Assembly: GCA_039583615.1 (NCBI GenBank)
Contig: JAVKSQ010000003.1
Location: 18,719 to 82,718, forward strand
From: Acidimicrobiales bacterium
GTDB lineage: Bacteria > Actinomycetota > Acidimicrobiia > Acidimicrobiales > QHCF01
Direction of reading: 5' to 3'
Length of the DNA: 64,000 nucleotides
A model generated the notes under the pieces. That model was not told where the DNA came from, did not search any database, and saw only the letters and a program-made list of their open reading frames with translations. Of the stretch, positions 1 to 9,635 are shown piece by piece. The stretch's first letter is position 1. Each line of letters starts with the position of its first letter. A program made the position numbers and the translations under genes.

Positions 1-174
1 GGCCAGGGCACCGTGGGACACCTCGTGCAGGATGATCGAGGGGATCAGCACCGCGAACAGCAGCACGGTGTCAGCGCGGATGACGTGACGGCGGAAGACC
101 AGGTAGACCAGCACCGCTCCCACCACCAGGATGAGCGTCTGGTACCGGCGGAGGCCCCCGGTTCGCTGCGCCAT
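1..174 (-). CDS. Peptidase M50 (site-2-protease-like) membrane metalloprotease, N-terminal fragment; the gene runs off the window start
   Basis: My own translation of the minus strand from the ATG at 172-174 gives MAQRTGGLRRYQTLILVVGAVLVYLVFRRHVIRADTVLLFAVLIPSIILHEVSHGALA. This is a TM helix followed by an HExxH zinc motif. The frame is open to the window edge and is absent from the ORF track because it is truncated. Confidence 0.55.
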   Translation of the reverse strand, partial: MAQRTGGLRRYQTLILVVGAVLVYLVFRRHVIRADTVLLFAVLIPSIILHEVSHGALA

Positions 175-190
175 CTGGGACCCGGGCCGC

Positions 191-532
191 TCAGCGCTGC
201 TTCGACGCGCAGTCGATGCAGAGCCGGGCGGCCGGCTTGGCCTCCAGGCGGGCCGGGGCGATCGGTCGCCCGCAGCTCTCGCACGTGCCGTAGGTGCCCT
301 GGTCCACCTTGGCCAGGGCACGTTCCACGTCGGCCAAGGCATCCCGGAGCTGGAGGGCGAGCCGCTCGGCCTCCCCCCGCTCAGCCGTCACCTGGCTGGA
401 GTCGGCGAAGTTGAGGTCGTAGCTGAGGCCACCGTCGTCCCCGAAGCCGAGCTCCCCCAGCTGGCGGCGCAATTCGGCCCGCTCGGACTCCAAGAGGGAG
501 CGGTAGTCCACGGTCGGTGCGTCGCTGGCCAT
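191..532 (-). CDS. DksA/TraR-family C4 zinc-finger protein
   Basis: Internal ATG at 530-532 of ORF 191..814. The product has a coiled-coil region followed by CESCGRPIAPARLEAKPAARLCIDC (CxxC-x17-CxxC). Confidence 0.8.
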   Translation of the reverse strand: MASDAPTVDYRSLLESERAELRRQLGELGFGDDGGLSYDLNFADSSQVTAERGEAERLALQLRDALADVERALAKVDQGTYGTCESCGRPIAPARLEAKPAARLCIDCASKQR

Positions 533-542
533 CGGGGCGATC

Positions 543-1499
543 CTAGTGCAGGGGCCTGGCGCTCCCGGCCCGGGGATGGGCCGCCTCGTAGACCTCCCGC
601 AGGTGCTCGGCCGAGACCCGCGTGTAGACCTGGGTGGTGGCGATGGAGGCGTGGCCCAGCAGCTCCTGGACCACTCGGATGTCGGCTCCGTGCTCCAGCA
701 TGTGGGTGGCACAGGAATGGCGCAACACGTGGGGGCTGAGCCGGCCACCAAGGCCCACCTGGTCGCCGTGGCGCCGCACGATGGCCCACGCCCCCTGGCG
801 GGTGAGGCGGCCACCCCTGGCGTTCAAGAACACCGCGTCGGCGTCGCCCCGCCGGGCCCAGCGCCGGGGGACGAACGCACCCCGCCCGGCCGGCGCCAGC
901 CACCCAACGAGGGCCGATCGGGCGTGGCGGCCCACTGGCACCAGGCGCTCCCTGGAGCCCTTGCCGTAGGCCCGCAGCAGGGCCTCCTCCAAGGCCAGGT
1001 CGCTCAGCGACAACCCCACCAGCTCGGAGATGCGCATCCCGGTGGCGTAGAGGACCTCCAGGATGGCCCGGTCCCGCCTAGCCCCCGGCTCATCCCCGGT
1101 CACCGCCGCCAGCAGGGCGGCGACCTCTGCCTCGGACAGGGCCTTGGGAAGGCCCTGGGGCACGCGCGGCTGGCTCACGTCACCGGTGGGGTCCACGCCG
1201 GTCCTGCCCTCGTCCAGGCAGAAGCGGTGCAGGCCGCGCACCGCCACCAGCGCCCTGGCCACCGACGCCGGGCGGTTCCCGGCCGCCCGCCGAGCGGCCA
1301 GCCAGCCCTCGATCACCGCCTCGTCCACCTGGTCCAGGGCCAGGCCCAGCTGGGCCAGGTGCGCCTGGTAGGCCGTCAGGTCCCGGCGATAGGCGGCCAG
1401 GGTGTTGGCCGCCCGGCCCCGCTCGACCCCCAGCCAGGAGAGATACTCCTCGGCGTCCTGACCGAGGGGGACCGGGGCGGGACGGCTGCCGGCCTGCAT
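543..1499 (-). CDS. xerD: Tyrosine recombinase XerD (XerC/XerD family)
   Basis: 318 aa. N-terminal SAM-like domain (YLSWLGVERGRAANTLAAYRRDL). C-terminal catalytic motifs ATGMRISEL and HVLRHSCATHMLEHGADIRVVQELLGHASIATTQVYT. The XerD versus XerC choice rests on synteny recalled from mycobacteria. Confidence 0.8.
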   Translation of the reverse strand: MQAGSRPAPVPLGQDAEEYLSWLGVERGRAANTLAAYRRDLTAYQAHLAQLGLALDQVDEAVIEGWLAARRAAGNRPASVARALVAVRGLHRFCLDEGRTGVDPTGDVSQPRVPQGLPKALSEAEVAALLAAVTGDEPGARRDRAILEVLYATGMRISELVGLSLSDLALEEALLRAYGKGSRERLVPVGRHARSALVGWLAPAGRGAFVPRRWARRGDADAVFLNARGGRLTRQGAWAIVRRHGDQVGLGGRLSPHVLRHSCATHMLEHGADIRVVQELLGHASIATTQVYTRVSAEHLREVYEAAHPRAGSARPLH

Positions 1500-2609
1500 C
1501 TAGGCCAGGGCGGCCAGAGGGTCGATCGCCACCTGGCCCAGGGCCTCGGCCACTGCGGTGTTGGTGAGCGCCCCCGCCGCGGTGGTCACCCCCAGGCGCA
1601 GCATGGGGTCCACCTGGACAGCCTGGCGCACACCGTGCTCGGCCACCTGCAAGAGGTGGGGCAGGGTGGCGTTGGTGAGAGCGTAGGTCGAGGTGTGGGG
1701 CACCGCCCCCGGGACGTTGCCCACCGCGTAGTGAAGGACCCCATGGACCTGGTAGACGGGGTCGTCGTGGGTGGTCTCGTGGGTGGTGGCCACGCATCCA
1801 CCCTGGTCCACGGCCACGTCGACGATCACTGCCCCTCGGCGCATAGCCCTGACCATGTCCTCGGTGACCAGCACCGGAGAGCGGCGCCCGGCCACCAGTA
1901 CGGCCCCGATGACCAGGTCGGCCTCGGTCACCGCCCGCTCGACCGTCCCCCGGTTGGAGGCCAGGGTCATGATCCGCCCGCGGTGGATCTGGTCCACGAA
2001 GCGCAGGCGGTCCACGTCCTTGTCCAGCAGCAGCACCTCTGCCTCCATCCCCTGGGCTATCCAGGCCGCGTTCCAGCCGACGTTGCCCGCCCCCAGCACC
2101 ACCACCCGGGCCGGCCTCACGCCAGGCGCCCCTCCCAGCAGCACCCCGCGGCCGCCGTTGCCCCGCTCGAGGTAGTGGGCTCCGATCTGGGTGGCCAGGC
2201 GCCCGGCCACCTCGCTCATGGGCGCCAGCAAGGGCAGGGCCCCGCTCGGGGCCTGCACCGTCTCGTAGGCCAAGGCCGTAGTGCCGGTCGCCACCAGGGC
2301 CTTGGCCAGGTCGGGATGGGCGGCCAGGTGGAGGTAGGTGAACAGGACCAGGCCAGCTCGCAGGTGGGACACCTCGTCCTCCTGTGGCTCTTTGACCTTG
2401 ACCACCAGATCGGCGCCCCACGCCTCCCCGGCACCCACGATGGCCGCCCCGGCCGCCGAGAAGTCGGCGTCGGCGATGGCCGAGCCGGCGCCGGCGCCTG
2501 CCTCCACCAGGACCTGGTGGCGGTGCACGGCCAGCTCCCGGACACCATCGGGGGTCATGGCCACCCGGTTCTCGCCCGCCTTCACCTCGCGGGGCACACC
2601 CACGATCAC
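1500..2609 (-). CDS. ald: Alanine dehydrogenase
   Basis: 369 aa. MIVGVPREVKAGENRVAMTPDGVREL is a classic Ald N-terminus. Rossmann motif VVVLGAGNVG. GTG start. The stop abuts the xerD ATG. Confidence 0.9.
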   Translation of the reverse strand: MIVGVPREVKAGENRVAMTPDGVRELAVHRHQVLVEAGAGAGSAIADADFSAAGAAIVGAGEAWGADLVVKVKEPQEDEVSHLRAGLVLFTYLHLAAHPDLAKALVATGTTALAYETVQAPSGALPLLAPMSEVAGRLATQIGAHYLERGNGGRGVLLGGAPGVRPARVVVLGAGNVGWNAAWIAQGMEAEVLLLDKDVDRLRFVDQIHRGRIMTLASNRGTVERAVTEADLVIGAVLVAGRRSPVLVTEDMVRAMRRGAVIVDVAVDQGGCVATTHETTHDDPVYQVHGVLHYAVGNVPGAVPHTSTYALTNATLPHLLQVAEHGVRQAVQVDPMLRLGVTTAAGALTNTAVAEALGQVAIDPLAALA

Positions 2610-2795
2610 CGACGGCTCACCGGGAAGTTGACTCGGCCCTCGTGTCGCCCATCATGCTGTCGCTGCATCAGGCGCCACCTCCCGCTCCCATGACCTCTCT
2701 CGTCCCGGACAACCTACCTGGTCATCCCAGCCGGGCTCAGCCGTGCCACGCTCGCCTCAGCGGCCAAAAGGCGGCGGCCACACCACGGCCAGACC

Positions 2796-3047
2796 GTGGT
2801 CGAGACCACCGATGGGCCCCACTCCCCCTCGTCCATGCCGGCCACCAGGTCATCGACACCACTAGTCCCTGGAGAACATGTCGGCCTTTCCCACCAGCAG
2901 GCGGCCGCAATCTGTGACTGCCCGGTCGCCACCATCGGGTCCCGGGTGGCCCGGGCCGGCCTGGTCGATCTGGCCGGCATTAGCGGGTCGAACGACGCCC
3001 GCCGGCGGCCCGCCGGCGAGGTGCGCAGCCCTTCCTCATCGCCCTGA
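2796..3047 (+). pseudogene. Possible relic of an ECF sigma factor (region 4 HTH only)
   Basis: The 83-aa ORF contains LVPGEHVGLSHQQAAAICDCPVATIGSRVARAGLVDL. This aligns by eye to the sigma-70 region 4.2 pattern (L..eGLS..EiA..lg.PvGTvkSRl.RAr..L). No region 2 is found upstream in any frame. Several A/T-ending codons are present. The 3' end overlaps the pyrG stop. Confidence 0.3.
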
Positions 3048-4685
3048 GAACCCCATGGCCGCCAGGCGGGGGGCTCGTCCCTCGGCTCGCCCCAGGGCTG
3101 CCCCCACCAGCTCCCGGAACAACGGGTGCGGCCGGTCGGGCCGGCTCTTGAACTCCGGGTGGGCCTGCGTCCCCACCCAGAAGGGGTGGCCGGGGAGCTC
3201 GATGAACTCGACCAGACGGTCGTCGGCCGAGGCGCCCGAGCACACCAGCCCGGCCGACTCCAGGCGGCGCCGATAACGGGGGTTGACCTCGTATCGGTGG
3301 CGGTGGCGCTCGGAGACGGTGGTCTTCCCGTAGGCCGCCGCCAGCTGGGAGCCGGGCACCAGCACCGCCGGGTAGGCGCCCAGGCGCATGGTGCCCCCAA
3401 AGTCGACCACCTCCCGCTGGTCGTCCATCAGGTCGATGACCGGATGGGGTGTGCCCGGATCGAACTCCCGTGAGTGGGCAGCAGGGAGCTTGGCCAGGGT
3501 TCGGGATATTTCGATGACCATGGCCTGCAGCCCCAGGCACAGCCCCAGGCACGGCACCTGGTTCTCCCGGGCGTAGCCGGCGGCGGCGATCTTGCCCTGC
3601 ACCCCGCGCTCCCCGAAGCCCCCGGGAATGACCATGGCATCCAGGTCGGCCAGTCGGGCGTCGGCCAGCAGCCCGGTGACCTCCTCGGCTGGTATCCAGT
3701 CGATCTCCACCGCCGCCCCGTGGTGGAAGCCGGCGTGGCGCAGGGCCTCGACCACCGACAGGTAGGCGTCGGGCAGGTTCACGTACTTGCCGATCAGCCC
3801 GACGCGCACCGGACGGGTGGCTGCCTCGATGCGTTGGTTGAGAGCCTCCCACCCGGACAGGTCGAGCGGGTAGGCCGCCTCGTCGAAGCGCAGCAGCCGG
3901 CAGACCTGGTCGTCCAGCCCCTCCTCGTGCAGGGCCAGGGGCAGCTCGTAGATGTTGGACACGTCGCTCGCCGAGGCCACCGCCTCGACCGCCACGTCGG
4001 CCCGGAGGGAGATCTTGTTCTTCACCGCCGCCGAGATGGGTCGGTCGCTGCGGCACACGATCACGTCGGGCTGGATGCCCAGGCTGCGCAGCTCGCTCAC
4101 CGAGTGCTGCGTGGGCTTCGTCTTGTGCTCTCCGGCGGGGCCGATGCTGGGGATGAGGGTGAGGTGGACGTAGCAGACGTTGTCCCGGCCCACGTCCTTG
4201 CGGAACTGACTGATGGCCTCCACGAACGGCAGGATCTCGATGTCTCCGACCGTGCCCCCGATCTCGGTGATGACCACGTCGACGTCATCGACGGCCAGGC
4301 GCCAGATGCGCTCCTTGATCTCGTCGGTGACGTGGGGGATGACCTGGACCGTCTTGCCCAGGTAGTCACCCCGGCGTTCCTTGGCGATCACCGACCGGTA
4401 GATGGACCCGGTAGTGGCGTTGGAGGCGCCGTGGAGGGCCTCGTCCACGAAGCGCTCGTAGTGGCCGAGGTCGAGGTCGGTCTCGGCACCGTCGTCGGTG
4501 ACGAACACCTCCCCGTGCTCATAGGGGTTCATGGTGCCGGGGTCGACGTTTATGTACGGGTCCAGCTTCTGCATGGTTACCCGCAGCCCCCGGGACTTGA
4601 GCAGGCGCCCGAGAGACGAGGCAGTGAGCCCCTTGCCGAGCGAGCTGGCTACCCCGCCGGTGACGAAGATGTGCTTGGCTCCCAC
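3036..4685 (-). CDS. pyrG: CTP synthase
   Basis: [34 protein letters not shown]-terminus. C-terminal glutamine amidotransferase domain with GLCLGLQ and HRHRYEVN. Start placed at the GTG at 4683-4685. The ORF track extends to 4835. Confidence 0.93.
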   Translation of the reverse strand: MGAKHIFVTGGVASSLGKGLTASSLGRLLKSRGLRVTMQKLDPYINVDPGTMNPYEHGEVFVTDDGAETDLDLGHYERFVDEALHGASNATTGSIYRSVIAKERRGDYLGKTVQVIPHVTDEIKERIWRLAVDDVDVVITEIGGTVGDIEILPFVEAISQFRKDVGRDNVCYVHLTLIPSIGPAGEHKTKPTQHSVSELRSLGIQPDVIVCRSDRPISAAVKNKISLRADVAVEAVASASDVSNIYELPLALHEEGLDDQVCRLLRFDEAAYPLDLSGWEALNQRIEAATRPVRVGLIGKYVNLPDAYLSVVEALRHAGFHHGAAVEIDWIPAEEVTGLLADARLADLDAMVIPGGFGERGVQGKIAAAGYARENQVPCLGLCLGLQAMVIEISRTLAKLPAAHSREFDPGTPHPVIDLMDDQREVVDFGGTMRLGAYPAVLVPGSQLAAAYGKTTVSERHRHRYEVNPRYRRRLESAGLVCSGASADDRLVEFIELPGHPFWVGTQAHPEFKSRPDRPHPLFRELVGAALGRAEGRAPRLAAMGFSGR

Positions 4686-4773
4686 GTCGGCTCGCCCTGT
4701 CCTCTCGTTCGCCAGAAGGGACGTCGGTAGGCTAGTCCCCCGACCACCCCCGCCGGTTGGATCCTGGGGCAAG

Positions 4774-6528
4774 CTAGGTGGGCGAGCGGAGGGCGTCGTG
4801 GCCCTCCAGCACCGGCGCAGTGCTGGGTTCGGCACCTATTTGGCCTTCCTCGGGCGGCTCGCACGCCGGACCGGGCGTGGCCCGGGCTCGCTCACCTGCC
4901 GCGGTGGTGAGCAGCTCCTGGGCGTGGTGGCGGGCGGTGGCGCTGGCCGGCTGGCCCGAGAGCATCCGCGACAGCTCGACCACCCGGCCGGCGCCGTCGA
5001 GGAGGGTGGCCTGGGCCACCGTGCGGCCCGCCTCCTCGTACTTGCGCACGGCCACCTGCTGGTCGGCGAAGGCCGCCACCTGGGGAAGGTGGGTGACCAC
5101 CAGGACCTGGTAGTCACCGGCCAGGGCGGCCAGGGCCCGGCCTACGGCCAGGGCCGCCTCGCCCCCCACGCCGGCGTCCACCTCGTCGAACACGAGGGTC
5201 ATCGGCACCGGCGCTGGGCCCGGGCCGGGGCCGGCGGAGGGGCCGGCCCGGTTGGCCAACCGGACGGCGAGCATGGTCCGGGCCAGCTCCCCGCCCGAGG
5301 CGACCTTGGCCAGCGGAAGGACCGCCTCCCCGGGATTGGCGCCCAGCCAGAACGTCACCTCCTCGCCAGCCCGGTCCTCCCCCACCCTTACCTCGAAGCG
5401 GGCCCCTACCATGGCCAGGTCGGCCAGGTGGGCCTCCACCGCCCGGGCCAGGCGGGGCGCGGTGGCGCGGCGGGCCGCCCCCAGAGCGGTCTCGGCGTCA
5501 GCCAAGGCTCGACCGGCCTCGACCCGTTGCGCCTCCAGGGCGGCCACCTGGTCCTCGTGGGACTCCAGCTCGGACAGGCGGGTGGCGGCCGCGCCGGCGA
5601 AGGCAATGACGTCGGCCAGGGTCTCGCCGTACTTGCGCCGCAGCTCTCGCAGGAGCTGGCGACGCTGCCTGACCGCGGCCAGCCGCTCGGGATCCTCGGC
5701 GATGCTCTCGGCGATCTGGCGGACATCGGTGGCCACGTCGGCCAGGTCGGCGCCGATGCCCCGCAGGCGGCTGGCCAGCTCGGCCAGGGGTGCCCGCCCC
5801 TCCAGGGCGGCCACCGCCGAGCCCACCGCGTCGACGGCGCCCGGCAGGTCAGCCCCTCCGGTGATGGTGGCGTGGGCCTCCAGGGCCGCCGCCCGGTGGG
5901 CGGCGGCCCCAGCCAGCACTTCCTCCAGGCGGGCCAGGTGGTCGTCCTCCTCGGGGTCGGTGAGGGCTGCATCCGCCAGCTCCGCCAGCTGGAAACGGAG
6001 CAGGTCGCTCTCCCGGGCCCGGGCCCGGGCATCTCCCCCGAGGGCCGCCAGTGCCCGCTCCAGCGCCTGCAGGCTCTGGCGAGCCGAGTCGCGCCGACCT
6101 CGGTCGATCTGGCCGAAGGAGTCGAGGACGCCCCGTTGGGCGGCCTGGCCGAGCAGCGACTGGTGGGAATGCTGGCCGTGCAGGTCGACCAGGGCACCGC
6201 CCGCCTCGGCCAGAGCCCCCACCGGGGCCATGCGGCTGTCGAGCCAGGCCCGGGAACGGCCCGACGCGGGGATGCTGCGAGCCATGACCAGCTCGGGGCC
6301 GTCTCCCCCGTCGCCGGGCAGCACGAACCGACCTTCCACCAGCGCTTCTGCGGACCCCGGGCGCACCAGCAGAGGCTCCGCCCGCCCCCCCACCAAGAGC
6401 TCGAGGGCCTCGACCACCAGCGTCTTGCCGGCCCCCGTCTCCCCCGTCAGGGCGGTCAGTCCGGGACCGAGGCGGATGGACAGGTCGGCAATCACACCGA
6501 GGTCGCGCACCCGGAGCTCAGCCAGCAT
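4774..6528 (-). CDS. recN: DNA repair protein RecN
   Basis: 584 aa. [18 protein letters not shown], Walker A GETGAGKT, a long coiled coil, and the C-terminal signature [12 protein letters not shown] followed by [12 protein letters not shown]. Confidence 0.93.
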   Translation of the reverse strand: MLAELRVRDLGVIADLSIRLGPGLTALTGETGAGKTLVVEALELLVGGRAEPLLVRPGSAEALVEGRFVLPGDGGDGPELVMARSIPASGRSRAWLDSRMAPVGALAEAGGALVDLHGQHSHQSLLGQAAQRGVLDSFGQIDRGRRDSARQSLQALERALAALGGDARARARESDLLRFQLAELADAALTDPEEDDHLARLEEVLAGAAAHRAAALEAHATITGGADLPGAVDAVGSAVAALEGRAPLAELASRLRGIGADLADVATDVRQIAESIAEDPERLAAVRQRRQLLRELRRKYGETLADVIAFAGAAATRLSELESHEDQVAALEAQRVEAGRALADAETALGAARRATAPRLARAVEAHLADLAMVGARFEVRVGEDRAGEEVTFWLGANPGEAVLPLAKVASGGELARTMLAVRLANRAGPSAGPGPGPAPVPMTLVFDEVDAGVGGEAALAVGRALAALAGDYQVLVVTHLPQVAAFADQQVAVRKYEEAGRTVAQATLLDGAGRVVELSRMLSGQPASATARHHAQELLTTAAGERARATPGPACEPPEEGQIGAEPSTAPVLEGHDALRSPT

Positions 6529-6649
6529 GAGGCCCCTGGCTCAAGTCCCGAGCCTCTCCCCCCGAGGACGGGCATTCTGGGACCCCTGGGGGTGGTGACG
6601 GCTCACTTTGCGGTCCCAGTTGCCGGCTCATCCTCTGGCCGCCTGTCGC

Positions 6650-7507
6650 TCACCGATCTGCCAGGCCGAACTTGGCCTTGAGGATGGCGTAGAAGTCCCG
6701 GTCCCGGAAGGTCACCAGCCGGGCTGGGTTGTCACCTGCCCGTGAGGTGACGGCGTCGCCCGGGCACAGCTGGCCGAGGTGGACTCCGTCGATCACCAAT
6801 ACAGCCGGCCGGTCGGCTAGCAGCTCCAGGCGGATCGACTCGTTGGGCGCCAGCACCAGGGGTCGGTCGAACAGCATGTGAGGCGAGACGGGGGTCAGGA
6901 CGAGGGCCCGGAGGAAGGGCGAGACGATGGGGCCACGGGCCGAGAGGTTGTAGGCGGTGGAGCCGGTCGGAGTGGCCACGATCAGCCCGTCGGCTGCATA
7001 GGTGATGAACGGCCTGTCGGCGATGGCCACGGCCAGGCGGATAGTGTGCCCGGACAGCGACTTCTCGACGGCCACCTCGTTGAGCGCCAGCCGGGGGCCA
7101 GGCCGGACACCGGGCGCGGCTCCGGCCGCCTCCACCTCCACCTGGAGGGTCATGCGCTCCTCGACCAGGTAGTCGCCATCCAGGAAGCGCTTGAGGGCGG
7201 CCTCCAGGTCGGCCGCCTCCACCTCGGTCAGGTAGCCCAGGCGACCGAGGTTGACCCCCATGACCGGCACGCCCGCCGGACAGGCGAGCTCCACCGTACG
7301 CAGCATCGTCCCGTCACCACCCAGGCTCACGGCCAGGTCAAGGCCACTGGCGGCCGCCGGGTCAGGCCAGCCGCCGGGAACGGCGCTGGTCCGGGTGTCG
7401 GGGACCCGTACCTGGTGGCCCTGGCCGGTGAGCCAGGCAGAGGTGGATCGAGCCAGGCTCTCCGCGGCCTGGCGGCACGGATGGACGACGAGGGCGATGG
7501 TGGCCAC
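6650..7507 (-). CDS. nadK: NAD kinase
   Basis: GGDGTMLR motif, then NLGRLGYLTE, then ATPTGSTAYNLSARGPIV. GTG start at 7505-7507, 2 nt after the tlyA stop. Confidence 0.9.
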   Translation of the reverse strand: MATIALVVHPCRQAAESLARSTSAWLTGQGHQVRVPDTRTSAVPGGWPDPAAASGLDLAVSLGGDGTMLRTVELACPAGVPVMGVNLGRLGYLTEVEAADLEAALKRFLDGDYLVEERMTLQVEVEAAGAAPGVRPGPRLALNEVAVEKSLSGHTIRLAVAIADRPFITYAADGLIVATPTGSTAYNLSARGPIVSPFLRALVLTPVSPHMLFDRPLVLAPNESIRLELLADRPAVLVIDGVHLGQLCPGDAVTSRAGDNPARLVTFRDRDFYAILKAKFGLADR

Positions 7508-7509
7508 GG

Positions 7510-8358
7510 TCAGGCCTCCGCCTGACCCACAGCCTCGGCCACCAGGGCGTCGAGGTCCACCGGCTCGCAGGCGAAGTGCCCAGACAGGTGCCCGGCTGGA
7601 CGTTCGGCTGAGCACAGTCGCATGTGAAGGAGGAACTCCACGTTTCCCCGAGCGCCGGTGATGGGCGAGACCATGCCCTCCATCATGGCGGCCCCGGCCC
7701 TCTGGTAGGCGGTGACCACCTGACCCAGCACCGACCGCCAGACGGCCGGGTCACGGATCACGCCCTTGCCACGGGACGCCTCAGCCGGGCCTGCCTCGAA
7801 CTCCGGTTTCACCAGCGCCACCAGATCGGCATGGGGCGCGGCCAGAGACCCCAGGAGGATGGGGGCCACCGCCGTCAGGGAGATGAACGACAGGTCGGCC
7901 ACCAGCAGGGGGAAGGCGACGCCGCCAAGCTGGCGGAGGGCGACGTGGCGCAGGTTGGTCTTCTCCGCCGTCGTCACTCTGGGATCGTCCCGTAGCCGCT
8001 GGTCCAGCTGTCCGTGGCCGACATCCAAGGCCACCACGTGCTCGGCTCCTCGTTGGAGCAGGCAGTCAGTGAAGCCGCCGGTGGATGCGCCGGCATCCAG
8101 GGCCCGCTTGCCCGACACCTCCAGCTCGAAACGGTCGAGGGCGGCATCCAGCTTGTGGCCACCCCGGCTGACGAACCGGGCAGGTGGCCCCAGCACCGCG
8201 ATGGGCTCGGACGGGGACACCAGGCGAGCGGCCTTGGCCGCCGGCGCTCCGGCCACCAGCACCCGGCCACCAGCCACCTCGGCCTGAGCCCGAGCCCGAT
8301 TGGCGGCCAGTCCCCGGCGCACCAGCTCGGCATCGAGGCGACGACGGCGCTGGTTCAG
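7510..8358 (-). CDS. tlyA: TlyA-family 2'-O-ribose rRNA methyltransferase (hemolysin A-like)
   Basis: S4 domain (RRRLDAELVRRGLAANRARAQAEVAGGRVLV). FtsJ-type SAM site (ALDAGASTGGFTDCLLQRGAEHVVALDVGHGQL). Start is uncertain. I place it at the CTG at 8356-8358, which overlaps the upstream stop as CTGA. The longer track ORF up to 8571 overlaps the upstream gene. Confidence 0.8.
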   Translation of the reverse strand: MNQRRRRLDAELVRRGLAANRARAQAEVAGGRVLVAGAPAAKAARLVSPSEPIAVLGPPARFVSRGGHKLDAALDRFELEVSGKRALDAGASTGGFTDCLLQRGAEHVVALDVGHGQLDQRLRDDPRVTTAEKTNLRHVALRQLGGVAFPLLVADLSFISLTAVAPILLGSLAAPHADLVALVKPEFEAGPAEASRGKGVIRDPAVWRSVLGQVVTAYQRAGAAMMEGMVSPITGARGNVEFLLHMRLCSAERPAGHLSGHFACEPVDLDALVAEAVGQAEA

Positions 8359-8831
8359 TCCCCTGGTGCCTTCTCGGCTGGGGGCTGCTCGCCGGCAGCG
8401 TCCTGGTGGGCGGCTCTCTCGGAGGCTGGTGCCTTCTCGGCTGGGGGCTGCTCGCCGGCAGCGTCCTGGTGGGCGGCTCTCTCGGAGGCCGGGGCCTTCC
8501 TGGCCGACGCCGCCCGGTCGGCCACCGCGCCAGCCACGCCGGCCACCGAGTCCGCCACCCGAGCCGCCCACCGGGCCAGGTCCTCCCGGGTGGTAAGTCC
8601 CAGGGCATCGACCTGGCGCACCACCTCGTCGCGCACCATCTCGGCCACCGACTCCGTCGTGCGCCGGCCTCGCTCGAGCAGCGCCTCCACCCGCGACTGG
8701 GCCTGCTCCGCTTGGACCTCACCTGACCTCACGAGATCTCGCACGATCGCCTCAGCCCGGCCCCGAGTCATCTGCGAGAACTCGACCCCGGCCTCGATCA
8801 GGCGCTTGAGCACGTCCTCGGTGTCGGCCAT
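8355..8831 (-). CDS. Phasin-like (COG3937-type) helical protein with a duplicated 21-aa C-terminal repeat
   Basis: 158 aa. The N-terminus MADTEDVLKRLIEAGVEFSQMTRGRAEAIVRDLVRSGEV resembles polyhydroxyalkanoate-granule or regulator phasin-like proteins. The tail is KAPASERAAHQDAAGEQPPAE repeated twice. It occupies the slot of the small conserved gene upstream of tlyA in actinobacteria. Confidence 0.6.
   Translation of the reverse strand: MADTEDVLKRLIEAGVEFSQMTRGRAEAIVRDLVRSGEVQAEQAQSRVEALLERGRRTTESVAEMVRDEVVRQVDALGLTTREDLARWAARVADSVAGVAGAVADRAASARKAPASERAAHQDAAGEQPPAEKAPASERAAHQDAAGEQPPAEKAPGD
8363..8488. repeat. Perfect 63-bp tandem duplication (2 copies) inside the 3' end of the phasin-like gene
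   Basis: ctggtgccttctcggctgggggctgctcgccggcagcgtcctggtgggcggctctctcggagg occurs at 8363-8425 and again at 8426-8488. Confidence 0.9.
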
Positions 8832-8876
8832 GGCACCACGGTAGCGGTTGCCGGGCAGTGGATGTGAAGGCTCAGG

Positions 8877-9635
8877 TCACCCGTGAGGACCCAGCTCCCT
8901 GGCCACCAGGGTGGCCAGGTCGGCCGCCTCGACGTCGGCAGCCGGATCGAGCGGCCCGTGGTCGGGGGGGGTCACACCGGTGAGCACCAGGGCAAAGCGG
9001 GCAGTTAGCCGGCGGGCCAGGCGGCCGTCAGTCGACGGGCGGTCCCCGACCACCACATCCACATGGTCGACGGCGCAGGAGAGCAGGTCGGCCACCGGTT
9101 GGTGCGGCTTGCCGGCCACGAGCGGCGTGGCACCGCCGGCAGTGGCCACCGCGGCCAGGATGGCACCGCCCCCTGGCAGGAGGCCGCCGTCAGCGGTGGG
9201 ATAGGTGGCGTCCTCGTTGGTGCCGATCAGCCGCGCCCCTCCACGCACGGCGTCAGCCGCGGCCGCCAAGCGGTCGAAGTCGAAGTCGGGGTGCCACCCC
9301 ACCACCACCGCATCGGCGGGGCCAGTGCGCACGGCCTTGACGCCTCGTCGACCGAGCGCCTCCTCTACGCCCGGGCCGGCACACACCAGGGCACTGGTCC
9401 CGGCCTCGAGCAGCGTGGCCGCCGCCTGCGCCGAGGTGAAAACCTCCTCGGCCACCGCCGGGATGCCATGAGCGTCCAGCTTGGCCAGGTACTCCTCCAC
9501 CGTATAGAAGGAATTGTTGGTAAGAAAGACCGGTCTGCGGTCGAGCTCGCGCAGGCGGGCGACAGCCTCGGCCGACCCGGGAATCGGACTGTCGGTCAGC
9601 CAGATGACGCCGTCGAGATCTATGACCCAGGCCAT
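8877..9635 (-). CDS. HAD-superfamily subfamily IIA hydrolase (NagD-like sugar or glycerol phosphatase)
   Basis: 252 aa. The DLDGV motif (MAWVIDLDGVIW), FLTNNS, and C-terminal GDRPSTD. Strong SD GGGAGGA upstream of the ATG. Confidence 0.85.
   Translation of the reverse strand: MAWVIDLDGVIWLTDSPIPGSAEAVARLRELDRRPVFLTNNSFYTVEEYLAKLDAHGIPAVAEEVFTSAQAAATLLEAGTSALVCAGPGVEEALGRRGVKAVRTGPADAVVVGWHPDFDFDRLAAAADAVRGGARLIGTNEDATYPTADGGLLPGGGAILAAVATAGGATPLVAGKPHQPVADLLSCAVDHVDVVVGDRPSTDGRLARRLTARFALVLTGVTPPDHGPLDPAADVEAADLATLVARELGPHG

Noticed and set aside
546-2693. Very long ORFs antisense to or out of frame with recognised genes. Examples are 546..2693(+), 4531..6681(+), 12708..14657(+), 14664..16544(+), 21439..22668(-), 31677..32984(-) and 42274..43860(+).
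   Set aside because: Their translations are Arg/Pro/Gly/Ala-rich low-complexity strings with no family motifs. Each is fully shadowed by a gene with clear conserved motifs on the other strand or in another frame. Stop-poor alternative frames are expected at about 70% GC.
2642-2917. The 91-aa ORF upstream of the sigma-like fragment as the missing sigma region 2.
   Set aside because: Its translation (MSPIMLSLHQAPPPAPMTSLVPDNLPGHPSRAQ...) shows no region-2 motifs of the DAEDLVQE or FxxWLxxIARN type, and the frame relationship does not reconstruct a sigma factor.
7510-8571. The long form of the tlyA ORF, with an N-terminal extension containing a duplicated REGTSLRESRPPGRCRRAAPS.
   Set aside because: The extension is the alternative reading frame of the phasin-like gene and of its 63-bp duplication. 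It has no TlyA homology, and the conserved S4 N-terminus begins only at about 8358.
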